From Escherichia coli (GTDB lineage: Bacteria > Pseudomonadota > Gammaproteobacteria > Enterobacterales > Enterobacteriaceae): a stretch of DNA of 64,000 nt. This document shows, one piece after another, positions 31,901-43,760 of this stretch (positions within the stretch are counted from its first letter, which is position 1; each line of letters starts with the position of its first letter). The DNA is taken from NCBI RefSeq assembly GCF_003334785.1, contig NZ_QOWV01000001.1, one strand, 5' to 3'. Both the position numbers and the translations under genes were made by a program. Under the pieces are notes generated by a model. It was not told the origin of the DNA. It was given only the letters and a program-made list of their open reading frames with translations, and ran no database searches.

Positions 31901-34713
31901 TTTATGAGCATGGTACTGCTATCAACGACCAGACGGGTGTTATCAATATCAATGTTGGTACTGGTCAGGCGTTTTATAACGATGGCACAGGAACAATTGT
32001 TAACTATGGTACAATCTGCACTTTCGGCGTGTGCCAATCGGGGAATGAGTACAATAATACAGATGATTTCACCTCACTGATCTATACCGGTGGCGATACG
32101 ATTACACGAAGCGGAGAAACTGTAACGCTAAATAAATCTGCTGCTGTGACTGATAAGCTGGCTGGGAATGTTGTTAATAGCGGAACGCTTTCCGGTGATC
32201 AAATTACGGTATCAAGCGGTCTTCTGGAAAATACCAGCGGTGGCATCATCAATAACTTAGTAAAACTTGACAAGGGTGCCGTCATTAAAAATGCCGGGGT
32301 GATGACGAATAACGTCGATGTTAGCGGTGGAATCCTCAATAATGCCGGAGAAATGACTGCGCAAATTACCATGAATGCTGGTGCTGATAGTTCGTTAGTG
32401 AACAACACCGGAACCATCAATAAAATCGTGCAGAACGCGGGGGTATTCAATAATAGTGGCAGTGTAACAGGGCGGATGATGTCGGCTGGCGGGGTCTTTA
32501 ATAATCAAACTGACGGGGCGATTATGAGAGGTGCTGCGCTGACAGGTACTGCAGTGGCAAATAACGAAGGAACCTGGAACCTCGGAAGTAGTAGTGAGGG
32601 TAACAACACCGGGATGCTGGAAGTTAATAATAATTCAGCTTTCAATAACCGCGGCGAGTTTATTCTTGATAACGACAAGAATGCTGTGCACATCAACCAG
32701 TCCGGTACGCTTTATAATACCGGTCACATGAACATCAGTAATTCTTCCCACAACGGAGCCGTTAATATGTGGGGCGGAAATGGTCGTTTTATCAATGACG
32801 GAACGATTGATGTTTCTGCGAAGTCACTGGTAGTCAGCGCTAATAATGCCGGCGATCAGAATGCCTTCTTCTGGAACCAGGATAACGGGGTCATCAACTT
32901 CGATCACGACAGCGCCAGTGCCGTGAAAGTCACCCACAGCAACTTTATTGCCCAGAATGACGGCATCATGAACATCAGCGGCACCGGTGCTGTGGCTATG
33001 GAAGGTGATAAGAACGCGCAGCTGGTTAACAATGGCACCATCAACCTCGGTACCGCAGGCACTACTGACACGGGTATGATCGGTATGCAACTCGATGCCA
33101 ACGCCACGGCGGATGCGGTAATCGAAAACAACGGCACCATCAATATCTTCGCCAATGACTCGTTTGCATTTAGCGTACTGGGTACAGTAGGTCATGTGGT
33201 TAACAACGGCACGGTGGTGATTGCCGATGGGGTTACGGGTTCTGGACTGATCAAGCAGGGCGACAGCATCAATGTTGAAGGTATGAACGGTAACAACGGT
33301 AATAGCAGCGAAGTGCATTATGGCGACTATACGTTGCCGGATGTGCCGAAGCCCAATACGGTTAGTGTAACGTCGGGAAGTGATGAGGCTGGTGGCAGCA
33401 TGAACAACCTCAACGGCTATGTCGTCGGTACCAACGTTAACGGCAGCGCCGGGAAGCTGAAGGTTAACAATGCCAGCATGAACGGCGTGGAGATTAACAC
33501 GGGCTTTACCGCTGGTACGGCAGACACCACTGTGAGTTTTGATAACGTAGTGGAAGGTAGCAACCTGACCGACGCTGACGCCATCACCTCAACGTCCGTG
33601 GTATGGACTGCCAAAGGCAGCACCGATGCCAGCGGTAACGTTGACGTCACCATGAGCAAAAATGCCTACACCGATGTGGCAACAGATGCCTCGGTGAATG
33701 ACATCGCGAAAGCACTGGATGCGGGTTACACCAACAACGAACTGTTTACCAGCCTGAACGTCGGCACGACTGCTGAACTGAACAGTGCTCTGAAACAGGT
33801 CAGCGGTAGCCAGGCGACCACGGTATTCCGCGAAGCGCGCGTGTTAAGCAACCGCTTTAGTATGCTGGCAGATGCCGCGCCGAAAGTGGGTAACGGTCTG
33901 GCGTTCAACGTTGTCGCGAAAGGCGATCCGCGTGCCGAGTTAGGTAATAATACCGAATACGACATGCTGGCATTGCGTAAAACTATCGACCTGAGCGAAA
34001 GCCAGACGATGAGTCTGGAGTACGGTATCGCTCGTCTCGATGGTGATGGTGCGCAGAAAGCGGGTGATAATGGCGTTACAGGCGGTTATAGCCAGTTTTT
34101 TGGCCTGAAACATCAGATGTCGTTCGATAACGGCATGAACTGGAATAACGCCTTGCGTTACGACGTTCACAACCTTGACAGCAGCCGCTCGATTGCATTT
34201 GGCAACACGAACAAAACGGCTGATACCGACGTGAAACAGCAGTACCTGGAGTTCCGCAGCGAAGGGGCGAAGACTTTCGAACCGAGCGAAGGACTGAAGG
34301 TTACGCCATATGCGGGTGTAAAACTGCGTCACACACTGGAAGGTGGCTATCAGGAGCGCAATGCCGGAGACTTTAACCTGAATATGAACAGTGGCAGCGA
34401 AACGGCGGTGGACAGCATCGTCGGGCTGAAACTGGACTACGCAGGTAAAGACGGCTGGAGCGCTAGCGCTACGCTGGAAGGCGGGCCGAACCTGAGCTAC
34501 GCGAAGAGCCAGCGTACGGCAAGCCTGGCAGGCGCAGGCAGTCAGCACTTTAACGTCGATGACGGTCAGAAGGGCGGCGGCATCAATAGCCTGACAAGCG
34601 TCGGCGTGAAGTACAGCAGCAAAGAAAGTTCGCTGAATCTGGATGCGTACAACTGGAAAGAGGATGGCATCAGCGATAAAGGCGTGATGCTGAACTTCAA
34701 GAAAACGTTCTAA
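28945..34713 (+). CDS. ydbA: Giant autotransporter (type Va secretion) with Gly/Asn/Thr-rich beta-helical passenger and C-terminal beta-barrel, 1922 aa; appears intact
   Basis: Single uninterrupted 5.8-kb ORF; N-terminal signal-like segment MQRKTLLSACIALALSGQGWA; Pro/Thr/Asp-rich linker; C-terminal approx 280 aa with alternating amphipathic strands ending ...GVMLNFKKTF (terminal aromatic, typical of OM beta-barrels). Gene symbol by synteny with the E. coli ydbA locus. Confidence 0.85.
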   Translation: MQRKTLLSACIALALSGQGWAADITEVETTTGEKKNTNVTCPADPGKLSPEELKRLPSECSPLVEQNLMPWLSTGAAALITALAVVELNDDDDHHHRNNSPLPPTPPDDESDDTPVPPTPGGDEIIPDDPDDTPTPPKPVSFNNDVILDKTEKTLTIRDSVFTYTENADGTISLQDSNGRKATINLWQIDEANNTVALEGVSADGATKWQYNHNGELVITGDNATVNNNGKTTVDGKDSTGTEINGNNGKVIQDGDLDVSGGGHGIDITGDSATVDNKGTMTVTDPESMGIQIDGDKAIVNNEGESTITNGGTGTQINGDDATANNNGKTTVDGKDSTGTEINGNNGKVIQDGDLDVSGGGHGIDITGDSATVDNKGTMTVTDPESIGIQIDGDQAIVNNEGESTITNGGTGTQINGNDATANNSGKTTVDGKDSTGTKIAGNIGIVNLDGSLTVTGGAHGVENIGDNGTVNNKGDIVVSDTGSIGVLINGEGATVSNTGDVNVSNEATGFSITTNSGKVSLAGSMQVGDFSTGVDLNGNNNSVTLAAKDLKVVGQKATGINVSGDANTVNITGNVLVDKDKTADNAAEYFFDPSVGINVYGSDNNVTLDGKLTVVSDSEVTSRQSNLFDGSAEKTSGLVVIGDGNTVNMNGGLELIGEKNALADGSQVTSLRTGYSYTSVIVVSGESSVYLNGDTTISGEFPLGFAGVIRVQDKALLEIGSGATLTMQDIDSFEHHGTRTPELTYADSGAKIVNKGTVEIQNLGFAFVTGENTTGINSGTISLLQNGKDPAPSPIVLLATNGGSATNAGTITGKVTEQHSVFNKYSTGTSNSFIFNNDVSSITGLVAQSNSTIINTDSGIIDLYGRGSVGMLAIADSTAENQGKITLDSMWVDANDTTAMRDIASNSAIDFGTGVGVGTDSYSGAGKNATAINQLGGVITIYNAGAGMAAYGASNTVINQGTINLEKNGNYDDSLAANTLVGMAVYEHGTAINDQTGVININVGTGQAFYNDGTGTIVNYGTICTFGVCQSGNEYNNTDDFTSLIYTGGDTITRSGETVTLNKSAAVTDKLAGNVVNSGTLSGDQITVSSGLLENTSGGIINNLVKLDKGAVIKNAGVMTNNVDVSGGILNNAGEMTAQITMNAGADSSLVNNTGTINKIVQNAGVFNNSGSVTGRMMSAGGVFNNQTDGAIMRGAALTGTAVANNEGTWNLGSSSEGNNTGMLEVNNNSAFNNRGEFILDNDKNAVHINQSGTLYNTGHMNISNSSHNGAVNMWGGNGRFINDGTIDVSAKSLVVSANNAGDQNAFFWNQDNGVINFDHDSASAVKVTHSNFIAQNDGIMNISGTGAVAMEGDKNAQLVNNGTINLGTAGTTDTGMIGMQLDANATADAVIENNGTINIFANDSFAFSVLGTVGHVVNNGTVVIADGVTGSGLIKQGDSINVEGMNGNNGNSSEVHYGDYTLPDVPKPNTVSVTSGSDEAGGSMNNLNGYVVGTNVNGSAGKLKVNNASMNGVEINTGFTAGTADTTVSFDNVVEGSNLTDADAITSTSVVWTAKGSTDASGNVDVTMSKNAYTDVATDASVNDIAKALDAGYTNNELFTSLNVGTTAELNSALKQVSGSQATTVFREARVLSNRFSMLADAAPKVGNGLAFNVVAKGDPRAELGNNTEYDMLALRKTIDLSESQTMSLEYGIARLDGDGAQKAGDNGVTGGYSQFFGLKHQMSFDNGMNWNNALRYDVHNLDSSRSIAFGNTNKTADTDVKQQYLEFRSEGAKTFEPSEGLKVTPYAGVKLRHTLEGGYQERNAGDFNLNMNSGSETAVDSIVGLKLDYAGKDGWSASATLEGGPNLSYAKSQRTASLAGAGSQHFNVDDGQKGGGINSLTSVGVKYSSKESSLNLDAYNWKEDGISDKGVMLNFKKTF
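29617..30260 (+). repeat. In-frame tandem repeat inside ydbA: two full 294-bp (98-aa) units plus a diverging partial third
   Basis: Unit beginning ...NNGKTTVDGKDSTGTEINGNNGKVIQDGDLDVSGGGHGIDITGDSATVDNKGTMTVTDPES(M/I)GIQIDGD... recurs with period 294 bp (e.g. GGCAAAACC at 29632 and 29926); copies differ at roughly 20 mostly synonymous positions by eye. Confidence 0.85.
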
Positions 34714-34732
34714 TTTTTAGCATGTGATCCCT

Positions 34733-34768
34733 AAACCGCAACGCTGATACAGGTTGCGGTTTTTTTAT
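34733..34768 (+). terminator. Rho-independent terminator after ydbA
   Basis: AACCGCAACGCTGATACAGGTTGCGGTTTTTTTATT: stem plus T7 run. Confidence 0.7.
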
Positions 34769-34920
34769 TGCCGGATGTGGTACGTGACGCGTTTTGTTTT
34801 GTGTCTTTCAGGACAATAGAGCAACTCATCCAGTAATCTTGTTTACACCTTCGCATTATTTATCTCTTTTCGTTTCTATACTGATTTTTCTTAATCCGTT
34901 TTATTACAGGGCAGGGTGCG

Positions 34921-35781
34921 ATGAGCAGCAATACATTTACTCTCGGTACAAAATCCGTTAACCGTCTTGGTTATGGCGCGATGCAACTGGCAGGTCCTGG
35001 AGTTTTTGGCCCCCCACGAGATCGCCACGTCGCTATAACCGTGCTGCGTGAGGCGCTGGCATTGGGCGTCAATCATATTGATACCAGCGACTTTTATGGT
35101 CCGCACGTCACCAATCAGATTATCCGCGAAGCGCTTTATCCTTACTCTGACGACCTGACAATTGTCACTAAAATTGGTGCGCGGCGTGGAGAGGACGCAT
35201 CCTGGTTGCCCGCATTTTCTCCGGCAGAGCTGCAAAAAGCGGTGCACGATAATCTACGTAATCTCGGGCTGGACGTGCTGGATGTGGTTAACCTGCGCGT
35301 TATGATGGGGGATGGTCATGGCCCAGCGGAAGGATCGATTGAGGCCAGCCTGACCGTGCTGGCAGAGATGCAACAACAAGGCCTGGTAAAACATATTGGC
35401 CTGAGCAACGTCACACCGACGCAGGTTGCAGAGGCGCGCAAGATTGCCGAAATTGTCTGTGTGCAAAACGAATACAACATCGCGCACCGTGCTGATGATG
35501 CAATGATTGATGCTTTGGCCCACGATGGCATTGCCTACGTGCCGTTCTTCCCGCTCGGGGGCTTTACACCGCTGCAATCGTCCACACTTTCCGATGTTGC
35601 TGCGAGCCTGGGTGCAACACCAATGCAGGTGGCGCTGGCGTGGCTGTTACAGCGTTCACCGAATATTTTGCTGATCCCAGGGACGTCTTCGGTTGCGCAT
35701 TTACGGGAGAATATGGCTGCTGAAAAATTGCATCTTTCTGAGGAAGTGTTGTCTACGTTGGATGGTATTTCGCGAGAATAA
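34921..35781 (+). CDS. ydbC: Aldo-keto reductase family NAD(P)H-dependent oxidoreductase, 286 aa
   Basis: AKR family features (IDTSDFYGP; C-terminal IPGTSSVAHLREN). Confidence 0.85.
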   Translation: MSSNTFTLGTKSVNRLGYGAMQLAGPGVFGPPRDRHVAITVLREALALGVNHIDTSDFYGPHVTNQIIREALYPYSDDLTIVTKIGARRGEDASWLPAFSPAELQKAVHDNLRNLGLDVLDVVNLRVMMGDGHGPAEGSIEASLTVLAEMQQQGLVKHIGLSNVTPTQVAEARKIAEIVCVQNEYNIAHRADDAMIDALAHDGIAYVPFFPLGGFTPLQSSTLSDVAASLGATPMQVALAWLLQRSPNILLIPGTSSVAHLRENMAAEKLHLSEEVLSTLDGISRE

Positions 35782-35843
35782 CGAATATACAAAAGGGAAA
35801 GATGCATTTCCCTTTTTTTCTTTTTTAATGGCATGGAGTGCAT

Positions 35844-38150
35844 ATGTTTAAGGCCAGGAATTGCGGCTGGATACGTTTACTGCCCCTGTTTATGCTGAGT
35901 CTACCAGTACAGGCGGAACTTCGATGTGTTGCAAATGCAGTTGATATTGAATCATTTTTTTCTGCGGCTACCGCTGAAGATAAACAACAAGTTGAACAAG
36001 CTATCAACAGTAGCGTGAATCTTGTCCCCTTCGGTTTATCTGCATCGAACTGGAAAGTGCATCGTGGCGATTTAGTGGTAGAAGGTAATATAGAGAGTAA
36101 TCAAAAATTGATTGTTCTTGGGAATTTGACAGTCAAAGGTAATATTTCCACTTTCTCTCTTTCTAATCCATGGGTTATTCTCGGTAACGTGACGGCAACG
36201 AATATAGTTGCGGATTCACCACTGTTAATTACCGGTTCGATAAATGCAAGTGGACTGGTATTTATCGACTCATATTACGATAATCCGTCTACGATTAAGG
36301 GGAGTATTAATGCGCGTGGGATATTTATCAATGACATAATTGCACCTGTTGTTGCGTCTTCGACAAATAGTGAATTCATGGTCCGTGCGAGTGACAAACA
36401 TGACACTGAAAATGTCAAAAAAGCGCTGATGATAATAAATCCTGATGCATATTATTGGGGGCTAATTAATGATGAAGATGCTCTGAAAGAAATTTTTAAG
36501 CGAAGCAATATTCGCATGGCAGGGAATGTCTGTAATCAGATGAAAAAAGAAGCGCTGTTTCGCCCTAAGCCTTCTCCTGAGTTAGTGCAAGAATTGCAAA
36601 TGCTGGATGAAGGCAAAGTTGCTGCATTTGAAGGACGAGACATTGCGACATTTGATCTTGCCGTAATGCGAACTCTCCCAAGGCTTAAAGGAATTTCAGC
36701 TAACCTACGCAAACAACTTATTAATAGCAATGATGAACAAACGATTGAAAGTATGGCGAGATATATGCCTGACAATGAGATTCTGGAGTTGACCGATCAG
36801 CAATTGGGTTACCAGCCTGTTGTTCTGGGGTTGCTCGACCGTGAACCGCTCTCTGTCGAAATAATGACGCGAATGAGTCGTCTACCTGATGGTGTCGGTC
36901 CGTTGAATCTTGCGCTACGTGAAAATCTCCCTCTGGATATCGTCATGACTCTGGCGAAAAGAGATTGGGATATGATCATTCAGGAGCTTTATAAAGATGC
37001 GTGGTTATTGCCTGAATCCATTATTGATGGCTATATCCGCAGTGATGATTCCTCTATTCGTCAGGTCGGTGCTGGAGGACAACTCACCTACAATCAGGCA
37101 ATGCAGTTGGCGAACGATTCATCAAACAATGTTGTCACAAGCTTAGCGTTCAAGCTGGCAGAGATGAAACACCATGGTCAATTGTTGCGGATGACGCCAC
37201 AAGAGAGTGACAAAGTTGCAGGCTATTTATACCAAAAATTCGAGAATGACGATGATCTAATACGTGTGTTATTTTTAGCATTGCCAGATAACTTACAGTT
37301 TAATTTTGTTAAAAGGATGGAGAAAAAATCCCCGGCCTACTTTTGCTGTCGGGATATGCAGGTAATTCACTCTGACGCTGCTTTACAACGGTTATTGACA
37401 CGTTTCAACGATCCTGAAGGGTGGAGTAATCTGGCGAAAAATCAGTATCTGAGCACGTCGATGAAACAAAAAATTTGGCAACGTGCTTTATCGCATCGGA
37501 AAAATAATCCGAAAGCAGATTCAGATGCATATGAAACCAGCGCTGATATGATTTTGTCTGAGCTGATTAGCCACGGCGAAGTTGATGACCAGATGCTATT
37601 AAATGCCACCGCCCTGATACGTTCGGACGACTGGGACTTTTTAGAGAGTGCATTAATTAGTTGGGATAATTTACCCGCTGTTGTTCTCAAGGAATTACAG
37701 CAAAACACGCCACGCAATGATATTTGGGCGAAGTTTTTTCTGAGGCAGGAAAACAGTTCCCGTGCGCAGGTTGACGAAGCGTTACGTGTTTATTATGCAC
37801 TAGACCCCGATGCGTTAGCACAACTGGATGTACTGGCAAAACAACCGGATCGTATATGGTGGAGTACACTGGCGAAAAGCAATCTCACATTTTTCAAGTT
37901 CGGCGCACTTAACAACCGCCACACACCGCCTGCAGTACTGGCGGCAGAAATTGATCCCGAGTGGTGGATTGTGGCGATGAATAATCCCCGTTTTCCAGTT
38001 GATGTATTAAAGGCGAGGCTGAAACGTGATCCTTTGCTGGCGTTAGAGCTTGTTAACCCTGAACTGGATTTAGTCCGCCAGCTGGCGCTTAACGGTAAGA
38101 CGCGCGCAATACGGGAACAAGCGATGAGAAAACTTGATGAGTTGTATTGA
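35844..38150 (+). CDS. ydbD: Large secreted/periplasmic protein of unknown function YdbD, about 768 aa
   Basis: Signal peptide MFKARNCGWIRLLPLFMLSLPVQA; AT-rich coding sequence relative to neighbours (by eye); ATG at 35844 chosen over track 35838. Confidence 0.8.
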   Translation: MFKARNCGWIRLLPLFMLSLPVQAELRCVANAVDIESFFSAATAEDKQQVEQAINSSVNLVPFGLSASNWKVHRGDLVVEGNIESNQKLIVLGNLTVKGNISTFSLSNPWVILGNVTATNIVADSPLLITGSINASGLVFIDSYYDNPSTIKGSINARGIFINDIIAPVVASSTNSEFMVRASDKHDTENVKKALMIINPDAYYWGLINDEDALKEIFKRSNIRMAGNVCNQMKKEALFRPKPSPELVQELQMLDEGKVAAFEGRDIATFDLAVMRTLPRLKGISANLRKQLINSNDEQTIESMARYMPDNEILELTDQQLGYQPVVLGLLDREPLSVEIMTRMSRLPDGVGPLNLALRENLPLDIVMTLAKRDWDMIIQELYKDAWLLPESIIDGYIRSDDSSIRQVGAGGQLTYNQAMQLANDSSNNVVTSLAFKLAEMKHHGQLLRMTPQESDKVAGYLYQKFENDDDLIRVLFLALPDNLQFNFVKRMEKKSPAYFCCRDMQVIHSDAALQRLLTRFNDPEGWSNLAKNQYLSTSMKQKIWQRALSHRKNNPKADSDAYETSADMILSELISHGEVDDQMLLNATALIRSDDWDFLESALISWDNLPAVVLKELQQNTPRNDIWAKFFLRQENSSRAQVDEALRVYYALDPDALAQLDVLAKQPDRIWWSTLAKSNLTFFKFGALNNRHTPPAVLAAEIDPEWWIVAMNNPRFPVDVLKARLKRDPLLALELVNPELDLVRQLALNGKTRAIREQAMRKLDELY

Positions 38151-38320
38151 TCCACAACGTAATGTTTTTTAACTATCTGATTAATTGGGGATAATCATTC
38201 CTGACAGTGAGTCCCCAATACCTTGATATATTCTGAATTTTTAATGAAACGGCGTGTTGCGATATCTCCGTCAGGGGAATTGATGCACCATAGCGCAAAC
38301 CGAATTATCAAGGATTGATA

Positions 38321-38926
38321 ATGACGCTCTACCAGATAAAACCGCTCTTTCAGTCGCTGTTAAGGCCGACGATGTTTTGGCTTTATAAGCACCACGTTAC
38401 AGCGAATCACATCACTCTTGCTGCACTGGCGCTTTCTCTTCTTACCGGATTGCTGTTGATGTTGGCGGCACAACCCATCCTCTTTTTGCTATTGCCCATC
38501 GTGCTTTTTATCCGTATGGCGCTCAATGCGCTGGATGGCATGTTGGCGCGTGAGTGCAACCAGCAAACACGTCTGGGGGCGATTTTGAATGAGACTGGCG
38601 ATGTTATTTCCGATATTGCGCTCTATTTACCATTTTTATTTTTACCGGAAAGTAACGCATCACTCGTGATACTCATGTTATTTTGCACCATATTGACCGA
38701 GTTTTGCGGTTTACTCGCGCAGACGATTAACGGTGTTCGCAGTTATGCCGGTCCATTTGGCAAAAGCGATCGCGCGTTAATATTTGGTCTGTGGGGTCTG
38801 GCCGTTGCCATTTATCCACAGTGGATGCAGTGGAATAATCTTTTATGGAGCATTGCTTCAATTCTGCTTCTCTGGACTGCGATTAATCGTTGTCGGAGTG
38901 TGCTTCTTATGAGCGCTGAAATATAA
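38321..38926 (+). CDS. ynbA: CDP-alcohol phosphatidyltransferase family inner-membrane protein, 201 aa
   Basis: Polytopic membrane protein with CDP-alcohol phosphotransferase-like motif region (ALNALDGMLAR...); ATG at 38321. Confidence 0.8.
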   Translation: MTLYQIKPLFQSLLRPTMFWLYKHHVTANHITLAALALSLLTGLLLMLAAQPILFLLLPIVLFIRMALNALDGMLARECNQQTRLGAILNETGDVISDIALYLPFLFLPESNASLVILMLFCTILTEFCGLLAQTINGVRSYAGPFGKSDRALIFGLWGLAVAIYPQWMQWNNLLWSIASILLLWTAINRCRSVLLMSAEI

Positions 38927-39822
38927 TGCTGGAAAAATCTCTGGCAACACTTTTCGCGTTGTTAATTTTAGCAACGCTGATAAACCGTTTTCTGCTATGG
39001 CGGTTACCGGAGAGAAAAGGGGGTGAGGTTACATTACGTATTCGTACCTGGTGGGGCATCGTCATTTGTTTTTCAATGGTGATTTCAGGTCCACGCTGGA
39101 TGACGTTGACGTTTTTTGCGCTGATAAGTTTTCTGGCATTGAAAGAATATTGTACGCTTATATCTGTACATTTTCCGCGTTGGTTATATTGGGGTATTCC
39201 TCTTAACTATTTGCTTATCGGTTTTAATTGCTTTGAGCTGTTTCTGTTATTTATACCTTTGGCTGGGTTTCTGATATTAGCCACCGGGCAAGTTTTAGTG
39301 GGTGACCCCTCTGGTTTTCTGCATACCGTGAGCGCCATTTTTTGGGGCTGGATAATGACCGTTTTCGCCTTGAGTCATGCCGCCTGGTTATTAATGTTGC
39401 CAACCACAAATATCCAGGGCGGGGCGTTACTGGTGTTATTTCTTTTGGCATTAACCGAGTCAAACGATATTGCACAGTATTTATGGGGAAAATCCTGCGG
39501 CAGAAGAAAAGTGGTCCCTAAAGTCAGCCCGGGAAAAACATTGGAAGGTCTGATGGGCGGCGTCATCACCATCATGATTGCGTCACTGATTATCGGGCCG
39601 TTACTGACACCGCTAAATACATTACAGGCATTATTAGCGGGTTTGTTAATTGGTATTAGTGGTTTTTGCGGCGATGTCGTGATGTCAGCCATCAAACGAG
39701 ATATTGGTGTTAAAGATAGCGGAAAACTATTGCCAGGACATGGCGGACTCCTTGACAGGATTGACTCATTAATTTTCACCGCTCCGGTATTTTTTTATTT
39801 TATACGCTACTGCTGTTACTGA
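38926..39822 (+). CDS. ynbB: Phosphatidate cytidylyltransferase (CdsA-like CDP-diglyceride synthase) paralog, 298 aa
   Basis: Polytopic membrane ORF with CTP-transferase-1-like C-terminal region (KRDIGVKDSGKLLPGHGGLLDRIDSLIF); ATGA-type overlap with ynbA stop. Confidence 0.8.
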   Translation: MLEKSLATLFALLILATLINRFLLWRLPERKGGEVTLRIRTWWGIVICFSMVISGPRWMTLTFFALISFLALKEYCTLISVHFPRWLYWGIPLNYLLIGFNCFELFLLFIPLAGFLILATGQVLVGDPSGFLHTVSAIFWGWIMTVFALSHAAWLLMLPTTNIQGGALLVLFLLALTESNDIAQYLWGKSCGRRKVVPKVSPGKTLEGLMGGVITIMIASLIIGPLLTPLNTLQALLAGLLIGISGFCGDVVMSAIKRDIGVKDSGKLLPGHGGLLDRIDSLIFTAPVFFYFIRYCCY

Positions 39823-39837
39823 AGGAAAATAGAGAAA

Positions 39838-42901
<3,064 letters not shown>

Positions 42902-42954
42902 GTGGATTGAGATGTGGACTGAATATCTACAGTCCACATCAAGACCGTGTCCGG

Positions 42955-43569
<615 letters not shown>

Positions 43570-43760
43570 TTATAGATGTTTGAATGGGCGATGCCCCGTT
43601 GCTTGTTGACACTTTATTCACAATCCTGCCACAGAGATAGCGCAATAAATCGAAGCCTATGTTCGAATTTATTGAACAACGCATAGAAAGCCGCGATGTG
43701 GTACTCTATATCTATCATTTAAAAGAAAATTAATCAGGCAGACTACTGCCCACTAACGTT

